Both the position numbers and the translations under genes were made by a program. Below, in pieces: positions 38,001 through 45,008 of a stretch of 45,706 nucleotides of DNA (the stretch's first letter is position 1; the number at the start of each line of letters is the position of its first letter). The DNA comes from a virus (Duplodnaviria; Caudoviricetes). The notes beneath the pieces were generated by a model, which was not told where the DNA came from, ran no database searches, and was given only the letters and a program-made list of their open reading frames with translations. The stretch is from IMG/VR virus record IMGVR_UViG_3300042342_000653, positions 1 through 45,706 of that record, one strand, 5' to 3'.

Positions 38001-39683
38001 CTTTTGGTACTCGCCGTTGCCAGCAATGTTGATCTCTACCTCTTGGCCATTGTATCTTTCAACAAGAGTGGCTAGGCGATTAGCGCGTTCAACATCGTTT
38101 CCAAACGTAACCCCAAACTTGTAGATTTCACGTTTAGCATTTGCGACCTCTCGCTGAGTGGCCTGCTCTCCCCATGAGTTATGGTTTGCAGCATATGCAA
38201 TAGTGAAGTCTGACTGCGATGCGTTGATGCGCGTTCGAACCTCGTAGTTCGTGCTGTCGCTTTCAATAAACTCAATGCCAGATGAACGTGGCCTTGGGAT
38301 TGCTGGCTCTCCAGCCATTGCCGACACCTTGTTCTCGTATGCTTGGTCCACGTCCATTGCCTGGATCGGGGCAGGCCCAACCTCAATCGTGTTCGGCGTA
38401 GCCGTTGCGGAAATTTTTTGTGGAATTTCAGGTGGTGGTGTTGGCTTTGCAAATTCGTACTGACCGCTGTACATGACGTACGGGTCTGAGATACGAATCT
38501 CTGCCTTCGGCTCAACGTACATAGCTGAGCTATCTGGAGATGCAATGTCCGGCTTCGGCTCGTAGACGTCAAAGTCCGAGCGTGGGATGGCGACGATGTC
38601 GTATCCCGTTGAGGTTTCCTTGCCCTCCAAGGCCCTGCGGGTGGAGATCTCCTCAAAGATCTGCTCGTTTACACGCTCAAGTGCTTCAAAGAAATAAATG
38701 CGACCATCCGCATCCGGCTTGATTGAGCCGCCTGCGATCTGGTCGCCGTTACCAGCTTCCGTGTAGTGGTAGTAGAACGCGTCTTCGCCGTTCATGCCCT
38801 TCTTAATGTCAGGTGCCGCTCTCGGAGCGGAGGGGGCGACAGCAGCCGGGGTTGTATTTGATGTCACCGGGTCTCCTGCTGGGGCAGTCTTGATAACAGG
38901 TTCGCCAGGAAGGGTTGTTGGGTTTGACGTCTCAACGGCAGTAGCAACTGACGGAGTCTTCGGGGCAACGACCTTCTTGTTGTACTGTGAAGTTAGGTTT
39001 TTCTTAGGATCGACCTCTACAAGCCTCGGGCGCAGAATATCCTGCGTTGTACGCAAAGAAGACTGTGTTTTGACTCTAATTGTCTCGCCATCATCAATCT
39101 TAAAGTTGAAGCCCTTGTAGGTTCCTTCGTAGTCGTAGTATCGTCCCTGCTCCTGAAGAGCACCTGCAGGAAGAGCTTTGCCAGTCTCCTGATCAGTAAC
39201 AATCATGTTCTCGCCCTTGGCCCTAAGGAAATCCATTACTTCGTATTCGTTTGGCATATCTTGTGGATCGTCCATGAACTTAGCGATTTCAGACATGGGA
39301 ATTTCCCCAAGGAGCCGATCGTACTCTGGGTGCGTGGCGTTGTTCATTACGGAGTGAGTTCGCTCCCACGAGCCTTCGCCCATCTCAATGAACTCTGTTT
39401 GTGGCAAGTCTAGGACATAAGTTTTGCCGTCTTTTTGACCGATGGCAACCTTGTGCCCGATTTTAAATTCTTTGCCGTCTGAATACCGGTATGGAGAAAT
39501 TGTTTCAACCCAGGCTGTCTTAACGTTGCTAAACCCGTTCGCATTCATCTTCGCGGCCCAATAGTCAGAAGTTACCAAACAGATATTTTGAGACCCGTCA
39601 ACGCCTAGTACAACGCCTTTTGGGCGCCTAAAGAAACTGGCGCTGGTATCTAGATCTGCCCAGTCCGGTCTCAGCTCAGCCAT
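32082..39683 (-). CDS. Giant polyvalent protein (2533 aa): papain-like, ART-like, circularly permuted SLOG and NADAR domains with a hydrophobic Gly-rich C-terminus
   Basis: C35/H77/D92; YYHYT..IYFF; RTRIN..SDFT..INIAGN..IRSGGQTGAD; LTNP..FPSSEHAF..KLRQHP..WTG; probable virion-associated. Confidence 0.75.
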   Translation of the reverse strand: MAELRPDWADLDTSASFFRRPKGVVLGVDGSQNICLVTSDYWAAKMNANGFSNVKTAWVETISPYRYSDGKEFKIGHKVAIGQKDGKTYVLDLPQTEFIEMGEGSWERTHSVMNNATHPEYDRLLGEIPMSEIAKFMDDPQDMPNEYEVMDFLRAKGENMIVTDQETGKALPAGALQEQGRYYDYEGTYKGFNFKIDDGETIRVKTQSSLRTTQDILRPRLVEVDPKKNLTSQYNKKVVAPKTPSVATAVETSNPTTLPGEPVIKTAPAGDPVTSNTTPAAVAPSAPRAAPDIKKGMNGEDAFYYHYTEAGNGDQIAGGSIKPDADGRIYFFEALERVNEQIFEEISTRRALEGKETSTGYDIVAIPRSDFDVYEPKPDIASPDSSAMYVEPKAEIRISDPYVMYSGQYEFAKPTPPPEIPQKISATATPNTIEVGPAPIQAMDVDQAYENKVSAMAGEPAIPRPRSSGIEFIESDSTNYEVRTRINASQSDFTIAYAANHNSWGEQATQREVANAKREIYKFGVTFGNDVERANRLATLVERYNGQEVEINIAGNGEYQKGMPSTQLLTEEIAKDLAFLQKKGVGIIAIRSGGQTGADEAGVKAAVQLGIPAKVVAPKTWKFRTGSAGGAKTDRTGKEAFLARFEGIATTMGTLAPTPVAPAATPAPSAPPSGNSRLNAGAIPNNIYSNAGKNVNGMSRFERSLRAALTNPTNDIVNFVDTASGREFPQDSYGQKTIEAKYPVVYEGKVFPSSEHAFFYYQNELNLSESPKDSPEQAATKLKRAEEIMGKIVAEKLRQHPRLVVAIDKLAAQEGITGEEWIAKQSHYTGKAEGRKPSHWTGDGLGSGFLRALSQAYSLAKQQPRSLPVKTDTASVLEHEMLVKWSQSDENWKYFPTIDRFGKFRSKQSYYVSGTVNAAVEVAASFQTKAAMADTAEQKASYEAQAKRVLDESKVDSGILRAWERLSELAVGKVSDSSARTRLSRTVGATSAFGTYYDSPVQDKIAQLDPSVKGKTIPNVIADIASENGVDLSAGKTRSFGVPTADSTDTMGTKEGIEETMRKFVIALRAVTDAKRKFKQVGISPDSRLGKGGTISEKNARDLSLVIMKLSSLLKDYADPALAIESQKMQRFGGEGRRGTLSPGAELASKLVGRGENLSADRIEQISKFSRRQAEAYARAMGIEMGNFGEESKAFNRPIVDEVDHSLPEQRFIDAVTDSDGALGRKFQAAVEESYSFRLSPDGKITPKESTKKSAKIAKAIATTMEMFPALAERVVPTPSGFTRSARGTNKPIFQLNSGYSPNFSSSLGEVPNEKLVGPVDNRVSDAVSRESAATRAFASGEYNDKVVLVRLGNVLKSGLKVGAAQTDLFDELTKNYLTGNFASDLKALEAKEKLVGPIAKLAGTGKKDVNPIEVAAQYRQNPEEKLIQKLNTIEIAVDFETARKMGIVGPQGRSLPNLFAETVTGIISPQTYVSSNVRVLPGGAVISTDPSFIEAYGFPKVLPYVVEPTGDPKKPFRLKPVEVPERGVETTTSGYVPTKSGGDKAKNIDYRREQLLREARGSKIFDDISFKAEQTQGGLPKGRETNFDIDRRARLDFIISQIDILAETPSAWTSKEVFDQSMIALKGSMTESDFKSMTSSSAGGADDITGVGRSSRWNLSKNFQRLVALWDSPERDIMFADASKRWTAISGLEQYTNFVQDGEGVRAVIPTVTETERMAGTDFSGPSEVAKKAEKYLPVELVEIRDNDGKAKFVSAASEEARKYYLENGEVVSKGRPNETKSRNTLVSRSTDVTAKYPTIFPGDKSQAIEDLIVSVDEISRLSYRFAYALGYGSDMKPLGSNESTPDVRTMQAIASTVSSLIDEEHFTFARIFNVPTSLSQTGYEQPIVPDFRRQAEVHLRVLETLERQAKFREVIDTETGVVLREKPANVPEPAEVKSFSRSQLEARISQIEEAAGSAKNATELALLKRQYQALLDGERIPNYENIIRDASTVTVKDDSSPDVTAKLGKGIQGNPLEEIASRLAATMLGDEDPSVLRNVLGKNKLLDLFNEGPEAATAAIIKRAWAIFGENATPDLMRELSFNYNGREYLGTMGVGTDGRPIMAVQPQRTTETFLPAENPLQAEPSVRQDTTARKALIVEAEKNVQAGKTETALINRQTSDTRDYLRAEDNSRTVVIRKKSQWNGEVSAAILQLFSEMDKGKLDATVRVFVDDLLAEYVKPDGTRVTYDDVIQKLDYGDLVKSGPYNIAHRLFDHGINGEFKDIEAFVRYSQDVRDQTDTVEIGGRYARDLGIDPETGRMIVGGADATDGEIDARPQGELNTERRDIAAELRTGPLGDGGFNPEVGSADHNAMMAYEQGKMYGGLGLPWTKALSDLGRPLREAPGSMKAFHGRGGFGAGFAADAAYMAWKGYLDPTTLAVSAGFNSINFLPMKYAPKVGLIGAAANLGLTAVTGGDMGRAAMMTIGGILGGAVGAFGGGFGAIGGSFAGSEIGDYIWSDVFGNKNNQQNKYGPRVPTNPTNAIKITPRIGP

Positions 39684-39912
39684 TCAGTCTCCTCCGGTTC
39701 AAGTGCTTGCTCTGTGGTCGTAGATTGGCAAGTGAGTTATTGCGAGGATTACCGTCCTTATGGTCGATATCCTTGCCTTTGATTGCAGCCTTGCCTTTGC
39801 TCTTAGCGACCTTAGCGCGAGCTTTGTTTCTGGATGCGCGGTTATCAATCTGGTCAGGCTTGCCCTGATACCGTTCGTACTCTTGCTTGTAGTTGCGCGG
39901 GTTGGCCGGCAA
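39676..39912 (-). CDS. Small HNH endonuclease
   Basis: DIDHKDGNPRNNSLANLR..N. Confidence 0.85.
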   Translation of the reverse strand: MPANPRNYKQEYERYQGKPDQIDNRASRNKARAKVAKSKGKAAIKGKDIDHKDGNPRNNSLANLRPQSKHLNRRRLNG

Positions 39913-40272
39913 TTACTTGCCCGACTGGCGCTTGGTTGGTGTCTTACCCTGTCGGTAGATGATGTTTTTACGTGAGCCTGACAGCTCCCAGAGAGCAGTA
40001 GGCACGTCTAGGGCAGTTCCAAAGATGCTCCCAATTGGACCTAGGTTCTTCTTCCGCTGTTCACGCTCAGTTTTAGGGGCCATTTCCCATCGCACTCCAT
40101 CGTAGCTTTCTCCTGGCCCTACAGAGTATTTAGTGCTAGACTTGCTTTTTGCTGTTGGCTTATAGTTGCTGTTTCCGTAAACCTTAGGCTTGGCTCCGGC
40201 AACGTTCTTAGCCTTGCCGGTACCCTTGTCTTTACGTCCGCCATCGGCAATAGGAGTAAACTTTCGTACCAT
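39913..40272 (-). CDS. Small basic protein with KPKVYGNSNY motif
   Basis: Lys-rich; TAATG coupling. Confidence 0.75.
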   Translation of the reverse strand: MVRKFTPIADGGRKDKGTGKAKNVAGAKPKVYGNSNYKPTAKSKSSTKYSVGPGESYDGVRWEMAPKTEREQRKKNLGPIGSIFGTALDVPTALWELSGSRKNIIYRQGKTPTKRQSGK

Positions 40273-40502
40273 TATCGTCCTCGATTCGGCTTAAAAGTCT
40301 TAGTCACCACTTTGTGACCCTGCCCCAAGTGGGGGCCCCAGTCCGCAGTCTGGTATCGAATTGAAGCATTCCTAACCGTCTTATCGTCGTAGTTAGAATT
40401 TCCATAAACTTTAGGCTTAGTGTCAGTCTTCTTGATCTTTACTGGCTTTGCCTTGTCGGTGCTCTTGTCGGTACCTTTGTAGATTGATTTCCGTGCTGCC
40501 AT
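40272..40502 (-). CDS. Small basic protein with KPKVYGNSNY motif
   Basis: Lys-rich; TAATG coupling. Confidence 0.75.
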   Translation of the reverse strand: MAARKSIYKGTDKSTDKAKPVKIKKTDTKPKVYGNSNYDDKTVRNASIRYQTADWGPHLGQGHKVVTKTFKPNRGR

Positions 40503-40738
40503 TATCGCTTCTTATTCCCGAAGCGACCATCGCCGCCGAAGCCTTCGCGGAGTGCGCCAACGACACCTAGGCCAACCAGGCCGGTAATAGCACCAGCGCC
40601 AATGATCGCGCCGATCTGGCCCGGGTCATAGCTCTTGCCACCAGGGGATACTGTCTTGCGACGACGTGGGCCCTGTGCCCCACCGCCAACTGGGTGCGCG
40701 TTGACCTTGAGGCCTCCACGCGTGAACTCGTTTGCCAT
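40502..40738 (-). CDS. Small basic protein with one Gly-rich hydrophobic segment; first late gene
   Basis: GAGGAG RBS; IGAIIGAGAITGLVGLGVVGAL. Confidence 0.7.
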   Translation of the reverse strand: MANEFTRGGLKVNAHPVGGGAQGPRRRKTVSPGGKSYDPGQIGAIIGAGAITGLVGLGVVGALREGFGGDGRFGNKKR

Positions 40739-41160
40739 TTCGTTCTCCTCGCCCGTATGGGCATAATTTGGCTTAAACCCCTTTTGGGGTCAGCCGTTCT
40801 TTATATCTTATTTTCCGTCTTCGCAAAAGGCTGTCTATATATATGCACTTAATTCGTGCTTTTCTGCAGAAATTTACATGGTTAAGTTTCCTTATCATGG
40901 GGGTGTGTCTGTTCCGGAGGCCTAGGTAAGCCATATACTCGCCTTACTCATCTTAACGCTACGGCGGGAGTACCCCCCTTAATAAATTCCTCGGCTGGTC
41001 GATGACCAGCCTCGGACGCGAGTCAAGCTTTCGCTTCGCGATACCCCCCCTATCCACGACGGCTAAGGATATTCTCGTCCGCTTGTTTGTCAGGGTCGTT
41101 TAGATGCCGTGCTTGTGTGCGGCGCGATCTGACACCAATCGCCGCAAGGCGAGAAGGAGT
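40739..41160. promoter_or_regulatory. Divergent non-coding control region (late promoter, possible terminus or packaging region)
   Basis: Lies between divergent operons; AT-rich tract at about 40800-40900, G/C runs, hairpin at 40994-41012. Confidence 0.6.
41101..41115 (+). promoter_or_regulatory. Repeated upstream element TAGATGCCGTGCTTG, copy 1
   Basis: Identical to 42400-42414; both copies precede the first gene of a plus-strand unit. Confidence 0.6.
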
Positions 41161-41166
41161 TGGGAG

Positions 41167-41718
41167 ATGAAGCGATTTGCTTCTACTCTCGTAGCAGTTG
41201 AGCAGGCGCTCAACGCGGCCACGGGGACGATCCTCGTATTGCGTGGTATCACCTTACAGGGTGATCCGAACACAGCACCAGCTGGTGTTGATGGTCGGAA
41301 CAAGATCCCAGGCTATCGAATGACTACGGGCGGTGCTCTCACCGTTTCCGCACAAGTTCGTCGCGTTGGGCTTCGCGAGGACGGGACGCAGAAGTCTATG
41401 TCCTACCCTGTACTATCATTTGCTCCCGCGCAGGCTCACGCCGCGCAGGAGCTCGCCCGAGCGTGGGCGACAGTTGACGCAGTAGCGTCGTTCGAGACGA
41501 CGTGGGATAAGGGTGTCCTCTGGGTACCTGCTTCCGACGAGCGTATCACGAAGGGGCGCTACGAGCACGCTAAGGATCCATCAGGTGGACTGATTGCTCC
41601 TGTGCTCTGCTACCCAGTGGTTCACACCACTGCGGGGTATAGCGCCAAGGTCATCGACTTCGCACCGAGCGACGGCGCTGCTGCGCCGGCCGTAGTTGCG
41701 GACGAGAAGCCCTTCTAG
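41167..41718 (+). CDS. Putative SSB-like early protein with an acidic-PF tail
   Basis: GAAGGAG before the ATG at 41167; beta-rich; ends AAPAVVADEKPF. Confidence 0.6.
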   Translation: MKRFASTLVAVEQALNAATGTILVLRGITLQGDPNTAPAGVDGRNKIPGYRMTTGGALTVSAQVRRVGLREDGTQKSMSYPVLSFAPAQAHAAQELARAWATVDAVASFETTWDKGVLWVPASDERITKGRYEHAKDPSGGLIAPVLCYPVVHTTAGYSAKVIDFAPSDGAAAPAVVADEKPF

Positions 41719-41739
41719 TACCAGTTAGGTACTATCACC

Positions 41740-41769
41740 GTACCCAGCCAGCTGCGGCTGGCTGGGTAC
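41740..41769. repeat. Perfect 13-bp hairpin
   Basis: GTACCCAGCCAGC-TGCG-GCTGGCTGGGTAC. Confidence 0.9.
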
Positions 41770-41787
41770 TAATCTTAGGAGGTTACA

Positions 41788-41991
41788 ATGAACCGACAGT
41801 GGGATCTTATCGACGTCGTAATCGTAGCGTTCTACGGGTTTGCTGGTCTCGCAGCAGCCATCGCGTTCTACAACGGGCACGACCTGTTGACCGTCGCCAT
41901 CACCGGCTTCGCCGTCGCTGGCTTCGGTGTAACACTGGCGATGGTGCTCGCCAAGCTCGACAACGTTGCTCGCGATTACTACAATCGCTAG
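41788..41991 (+). CDS. Small two-TM membrane protein
   Basis: AGGAGG RBS; two hydrophobic helices. Confidence 0.8.
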   Translation: MNRQWDLIDVVIVAFYGFAGLAAAIAFYNGHDLLTVAITGFAVAGFGVTLAMVLAKLDNVARDYYNR

Positions 41992-41997
41992 CAACCA

Positions 41998-42192
41998 CCC
42001 GCCTAGCGGCGGGACTCAGCCAGCCGCGCAAGCGGCTGGCTGAGTTGCTCGACTCACGTCTCGCTCAATGACTGGCTTGCACAGCCAGTCGTTGACTGTG
42101 CGCAGCCTGCCCTCGTCGCTCACGCTCACTCGGGCATCGCTTCGCTCTGACGGCTGCGCGGGTACCAGGGTACTATCATGCCCTACGGAGGG
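41998..42192. other. Multi-hairpin structured non-coding region
   Basis: Stems at 41998-42013, 42014-42045 (14 bp, GCAA loop), 42070-42090, and nested 42100-42159. Confidence 0.7.
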
Positions 42193-42226
42193 TACGAACA
42201 ACGAGCTTCCCTATGCCCGACGGAGG
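42169..42226. repeat. Second cluster of GGTACTATCA / TGCCCGACGG motifs
   Basis: GGTACTATCA at 42169, TGCCCTACGG at 42179, CCCTATGCCCGACGGAGG at 42209. Confidence 0.9.
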
Positions 42227-42399
42227 TCAATGAGGCTATTACTGTTAATAAAACTTAATAATCAATACTAGTCGGGGCTTAAAGTCAAGGAGCTGGGTAG
42301 ATTATCACCTATCGATAGGAAAATATCAGCTGGGAGGCTATAGTAATACCCTAACAGAACTAGACAGGATTCTCCCTTTCCGCTTCGTGGCCCGAGATC

Positions 42400-42414
42400 T
42401 AGATGCCGTGCTTG
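42400..42414 (+). promoter_or_regulatory. Repeated upstream element TAGATGCCGTGCTTG, copy 2
   Basis: Identical to 41101-41115. Confidence 0.6.
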
Positions 42415-42446
42415 GGTTCTGTGAATAACGGCATAGGAGGTGTAAA

Positions 42447-42770
42447 GTGGCTGGTTACAGCGATGATAACCACGTTGCTCGTGATTACATTGCCAAGAAC
42501 TGTAGCTTACTATGGAAATACTACTGTAACAATGAGAAGAACAATAACGGCGAGTTTGGACTAACTGACTTTACCTTCTACTGTAAGTATATAGCCCCTA
42601 ATGAGACATCTTATGGATACTTCAAGAGTGGAGTCATTAACAGAGTGACTCGTGAATGGCGGTTCAGCTGGGATCACACCAGCCTGATTGCGTCACTAAT
42701 AGCCAGCGAGAAGTACTTGCTGGAACTAATCGATGAGCAGGGGCTAAGGCTCCATAAGGAGGCTGTATGA
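42447..42770 (+). CDS. Hypothetical early protein
   Basis: AGGAGGTG RBS before GTG. Confidence 0.8.
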   Translation: MAGYSDDNHVARDYIAKNCSLLWKYYCNNEKNNNGEFGLTDFTFYCKYIAPNETSYGYFKSGVINRVTREWRFSWDHTSLIASLIASEKYLLELIDEQGLRLHKEAV

Positions 42771-43189
42771 GGAAGATCAGTGCGGTATTGCCTGGTATGG
42801 ACGCTAATGCTGCTGAGAATATGATCAGCGGCGGCAAGCTGGCAATGACATTGCTTAACTACTTTGAGCTTAACCCAGAACTTCTGTACAAACTGTATCC
42901 AAATAAGCATAAATTTGATGAGGCTGAGGAGGAGTTCGGACTGAGCCAAGATGAGATCAAGCATCAGTTTGTTACTGCTAACCGCCGAGCATTGATGGTT
43001 GTAAGTTATATTTTTAAGTACATCGCCAATCAAGTAATTGACGAATATGATGTGCCAGAAAAGCACTTTGAGTTCACTATTGAGAATAAACTTATGATGA
43101 AAGACATTGACGAGAGCGAACCAATGGATAAGCTGGACGAATCAGAAGTATTCGATGAGCTTCATAGGATCTTAGGAGGGTTGAACTAA
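42767..43189 (+). CDS. Acidic hypothetical early protein
   Basis: AGGAGG RBS; ATGA coupling. Confidence 0.8.
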   Translation: MRKISAVLPGMDANAAENMISGGKLAMTLLNYFELNPELLYKLYPNKHKFDEAEEEFGLSQDEIKHQFVTANRRALMVVSYIFKYIANQVIDEYDVPEKHFEFTIENKLMMKDIDESEPMDKLDESEVFDELHRILGGLN

Positions 43190-43710
43190 TGGGTTACGAC
43201 ATTGAATCAGTAGATGGAAACCGAGAGAAAGCAGCAGCATTTGCTAAGAAATATGAATATACTTATCTATTTGATGAGACAACCGGAGAGTACACGGGCT
43301 CAGATACGATCTATTTCAGGGCCAATATCTGGGGTATGTCAATGATCCGAATGGTTCTTCAATACATTGTTGAGATGAACAATGGCGACTACCCGGAAGA
43401 GTTTGCCAAAGCTACTATGGACAATAGCGGCAATCAGTGTACTCCCGATGGCATCAAGGAATACCTAGCACACATCAGTATGTTCACCGGCCTGTACCCA
43501 GAGCTGTATGAAAACACAACTGATTTGTTCAACGATATCCGAGAGTCCATTAAGCCAGTAGTAGCAAAGTGGGTCAATGACCAGCCATCACATACTACTC
43601 TACAAAATATCACTGTCGATGATGAAGTTCAATGGAATACTAATCTAGTTGTAGAATTCCTAGAATTCAGTGACATTTGCCTAACGCTCGATGGCTATCG
43701 AGTATACTAA
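43189..43710 (+). CDS. Acidic hypothetical early protein
   Basis: AGGAGG RBS; TAATG coupling; YFRANIW motif. Confidence 0.8.
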   Translation: MGYDIESVDGNREKAAAFAKKYEYTYLFDETTGEYTGSDTIYFRANIWGMSMIRMVLQYIVEMNNGDYPEEFAKATMDNSGNQCTPDGIKEYLAHISMFTGLYPELYENTTDLFNDIRESIKPVVAKWVNDQPSHTTLQNITVDDEVQWNTNLVVEFLEFSDICLTLDGYRVY

Positions 43711-44246
43711 TGGGCGCAACTAAGCGCTCATTAGCAACCGATGATATGCCCAACGGGGCAGGAGGATCTATGGAACACACGTGGAAAGCGTACGAGCTAA
43801 CGGTAATTCGTACCTGGTCTGACAAAGTAGGGCCAAGGATTGAATCACCAGCTAGTGCTCACAAATACTTTAAAGACATAGCACAAGATTATACCCAAGA
43901 GGCACTATGGGTACTAGGAGTTGATGGACGCAATAACATCATTGGTATCACTCAGGTGTTCAAGGGTACAGCAACAGGCACATCAGTATCTATTGCTGAT
44001 CTGTTGCGACCACCTTTGCTAACCGGCGCAGTAGGATTCATTATGGTACATAATCACCCATCAGGTGACGCAGAGCCATCTGATCAGGACGTTAATCTAA
44101 CTGAAGAAGTATTGCGCGCTTGTAGTTATCATGACCTTACATTGCTAGATCATCTAGTAATTGGCGACAACAACTTTGTGAGCATTCGTTCACAAAAGCC
44201 AAACATCTGGGCAATGTTACAGAAGGAGGACGCTCATGGGTTTTAA
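43710..44246 (+). CDS. RadC-like JAB-domain protein
   Basis: QEAL..HNHPSGDAEPSDQD..LLDHLVIG; start could alternatively be 43770. Confidence 0.92.
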   Translation: MGATKRSLATDDMPNGAGGSMEHTWKAYELTVIRTWSDKVGPRIESPASAHKYFKDIAQDYTQEALWVLGVDGRNNIIGITQVFKGTATGTSVSIADLLRPPLLTGAVGFIMVHNHPSGDAEPSDQDVNLTEEVLRACSYHDLTLLDHLVIGDNNFVSIRSQKPNIWAMLQKEDAHGF

Positions 44247-44547
44247 CAAGGACAGAGCAATCGAGCTTCAGAAAGACGCAGTATTAGATTGGCATCTTAC
44301 CAATAATTTGTATCCACCAATCAACGAACCAGGCTTTCACGAGTTTGCTAAACAGGCGATTGGTATGGTCTCATCAGGGGCCGGTGATGATGTTGTTGAA
44401 ATTAAGTTTGCCGGAGAGATGAAGAATCTTACAGACAATAAGACAGGGTTAAAGGTTACAGCCATTGAAATCGTAGACAATTGGAGGCTTCATGACTTCA
44501 TCGGTTCGGAAGAGAATGAGTCGGGTGATACCGGACTCTCTAGCTAA
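44236..44547 (+). CDS. Hypothetical early protein
   Basis: AGGAGG RBS; WHLTNNLYPP motif. Confidence 0.8.
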   Translation: MGFNKDRAIELQKDAVLDWHLTNNLYPPINEPGFHEFAKQAIGMVSSGAGDDVVEIKFAGEMKNLTDNKTGLKVTAIEIVDNWRLHDFIGSEENESGDTGLSS

Positions 44548-44755
44548 CTGGGAAATCAGCGTCACTATGGACAGCATTGTCTATAGCTGGCACGGTGGCC
44601 CATATATAGAAGTTATTATCAATGGACAAGCAGTCGACGTCATTAACGTATGGGATTACCAATATGGTAAGACCACGGTACGAACAGTCAACCAGCTGAT
44701 TGGGCGTATACGTCAGTATGTGCTGGCACATCAGGAGGCCATAGATGAGCGATGA
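44516..44755 (+). CDS. Hypothetical early protein
   Basis: Overlapped operon packing. Confidence 0.7.
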   Translation: MSRVIPDSLANWEISVTMDSIVYSWHGGPYIEVIINGQAVDVINVWDYQYGKTTVRTVNQLIGRIRQYVLAHQEAIDER

Positions 44756-45008
44756 TGTAGTTCTAATACCAGATCTAGTCTGTGAGAAATCTGGACGACA
44801 TAAGGTAGTCGTTAGAGTCTACGAACTAGAGCTGGAACCAGTCTACAAGGGTTCTAGGTGGCTAGTGCTCAACGGAGATTTGACTGAACTTGGCAACAAG
44901 ATCAAGCCAAATGAGTTTGGCACAGAGAGTCAGTTAACAGTAACTAGTAGCTGTTGTAGAAAAGCTGCGGCAGCAACTGGAATCAAGAATATAGAGGAGG
45001 ACGTATGA
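44745..45008 (+). CDS. Hypothetical early protein
   Basis: AGGAGG RBS. Confidence 0.75.
   Translation: MSDDVVLIPDLVCEKSGRHKVVVRVYELELEPVYKGSRWLVLNGDLTELGNKIKPNEFGTESQLTVTSSCCRKAAAATGIKNIEEDV

Noticed and set aside
42016-42271. Short ORFs over the hairpin region
   Set aside because: No RBS, and the region is better explained by secondary structure and repeats
40739-42440. tRNA or known riboswitch
   Set aside because: No cloverleaf, T-loop or recognisable aptamer consensus seen by eye; an Infernal search would be needed to exclude others
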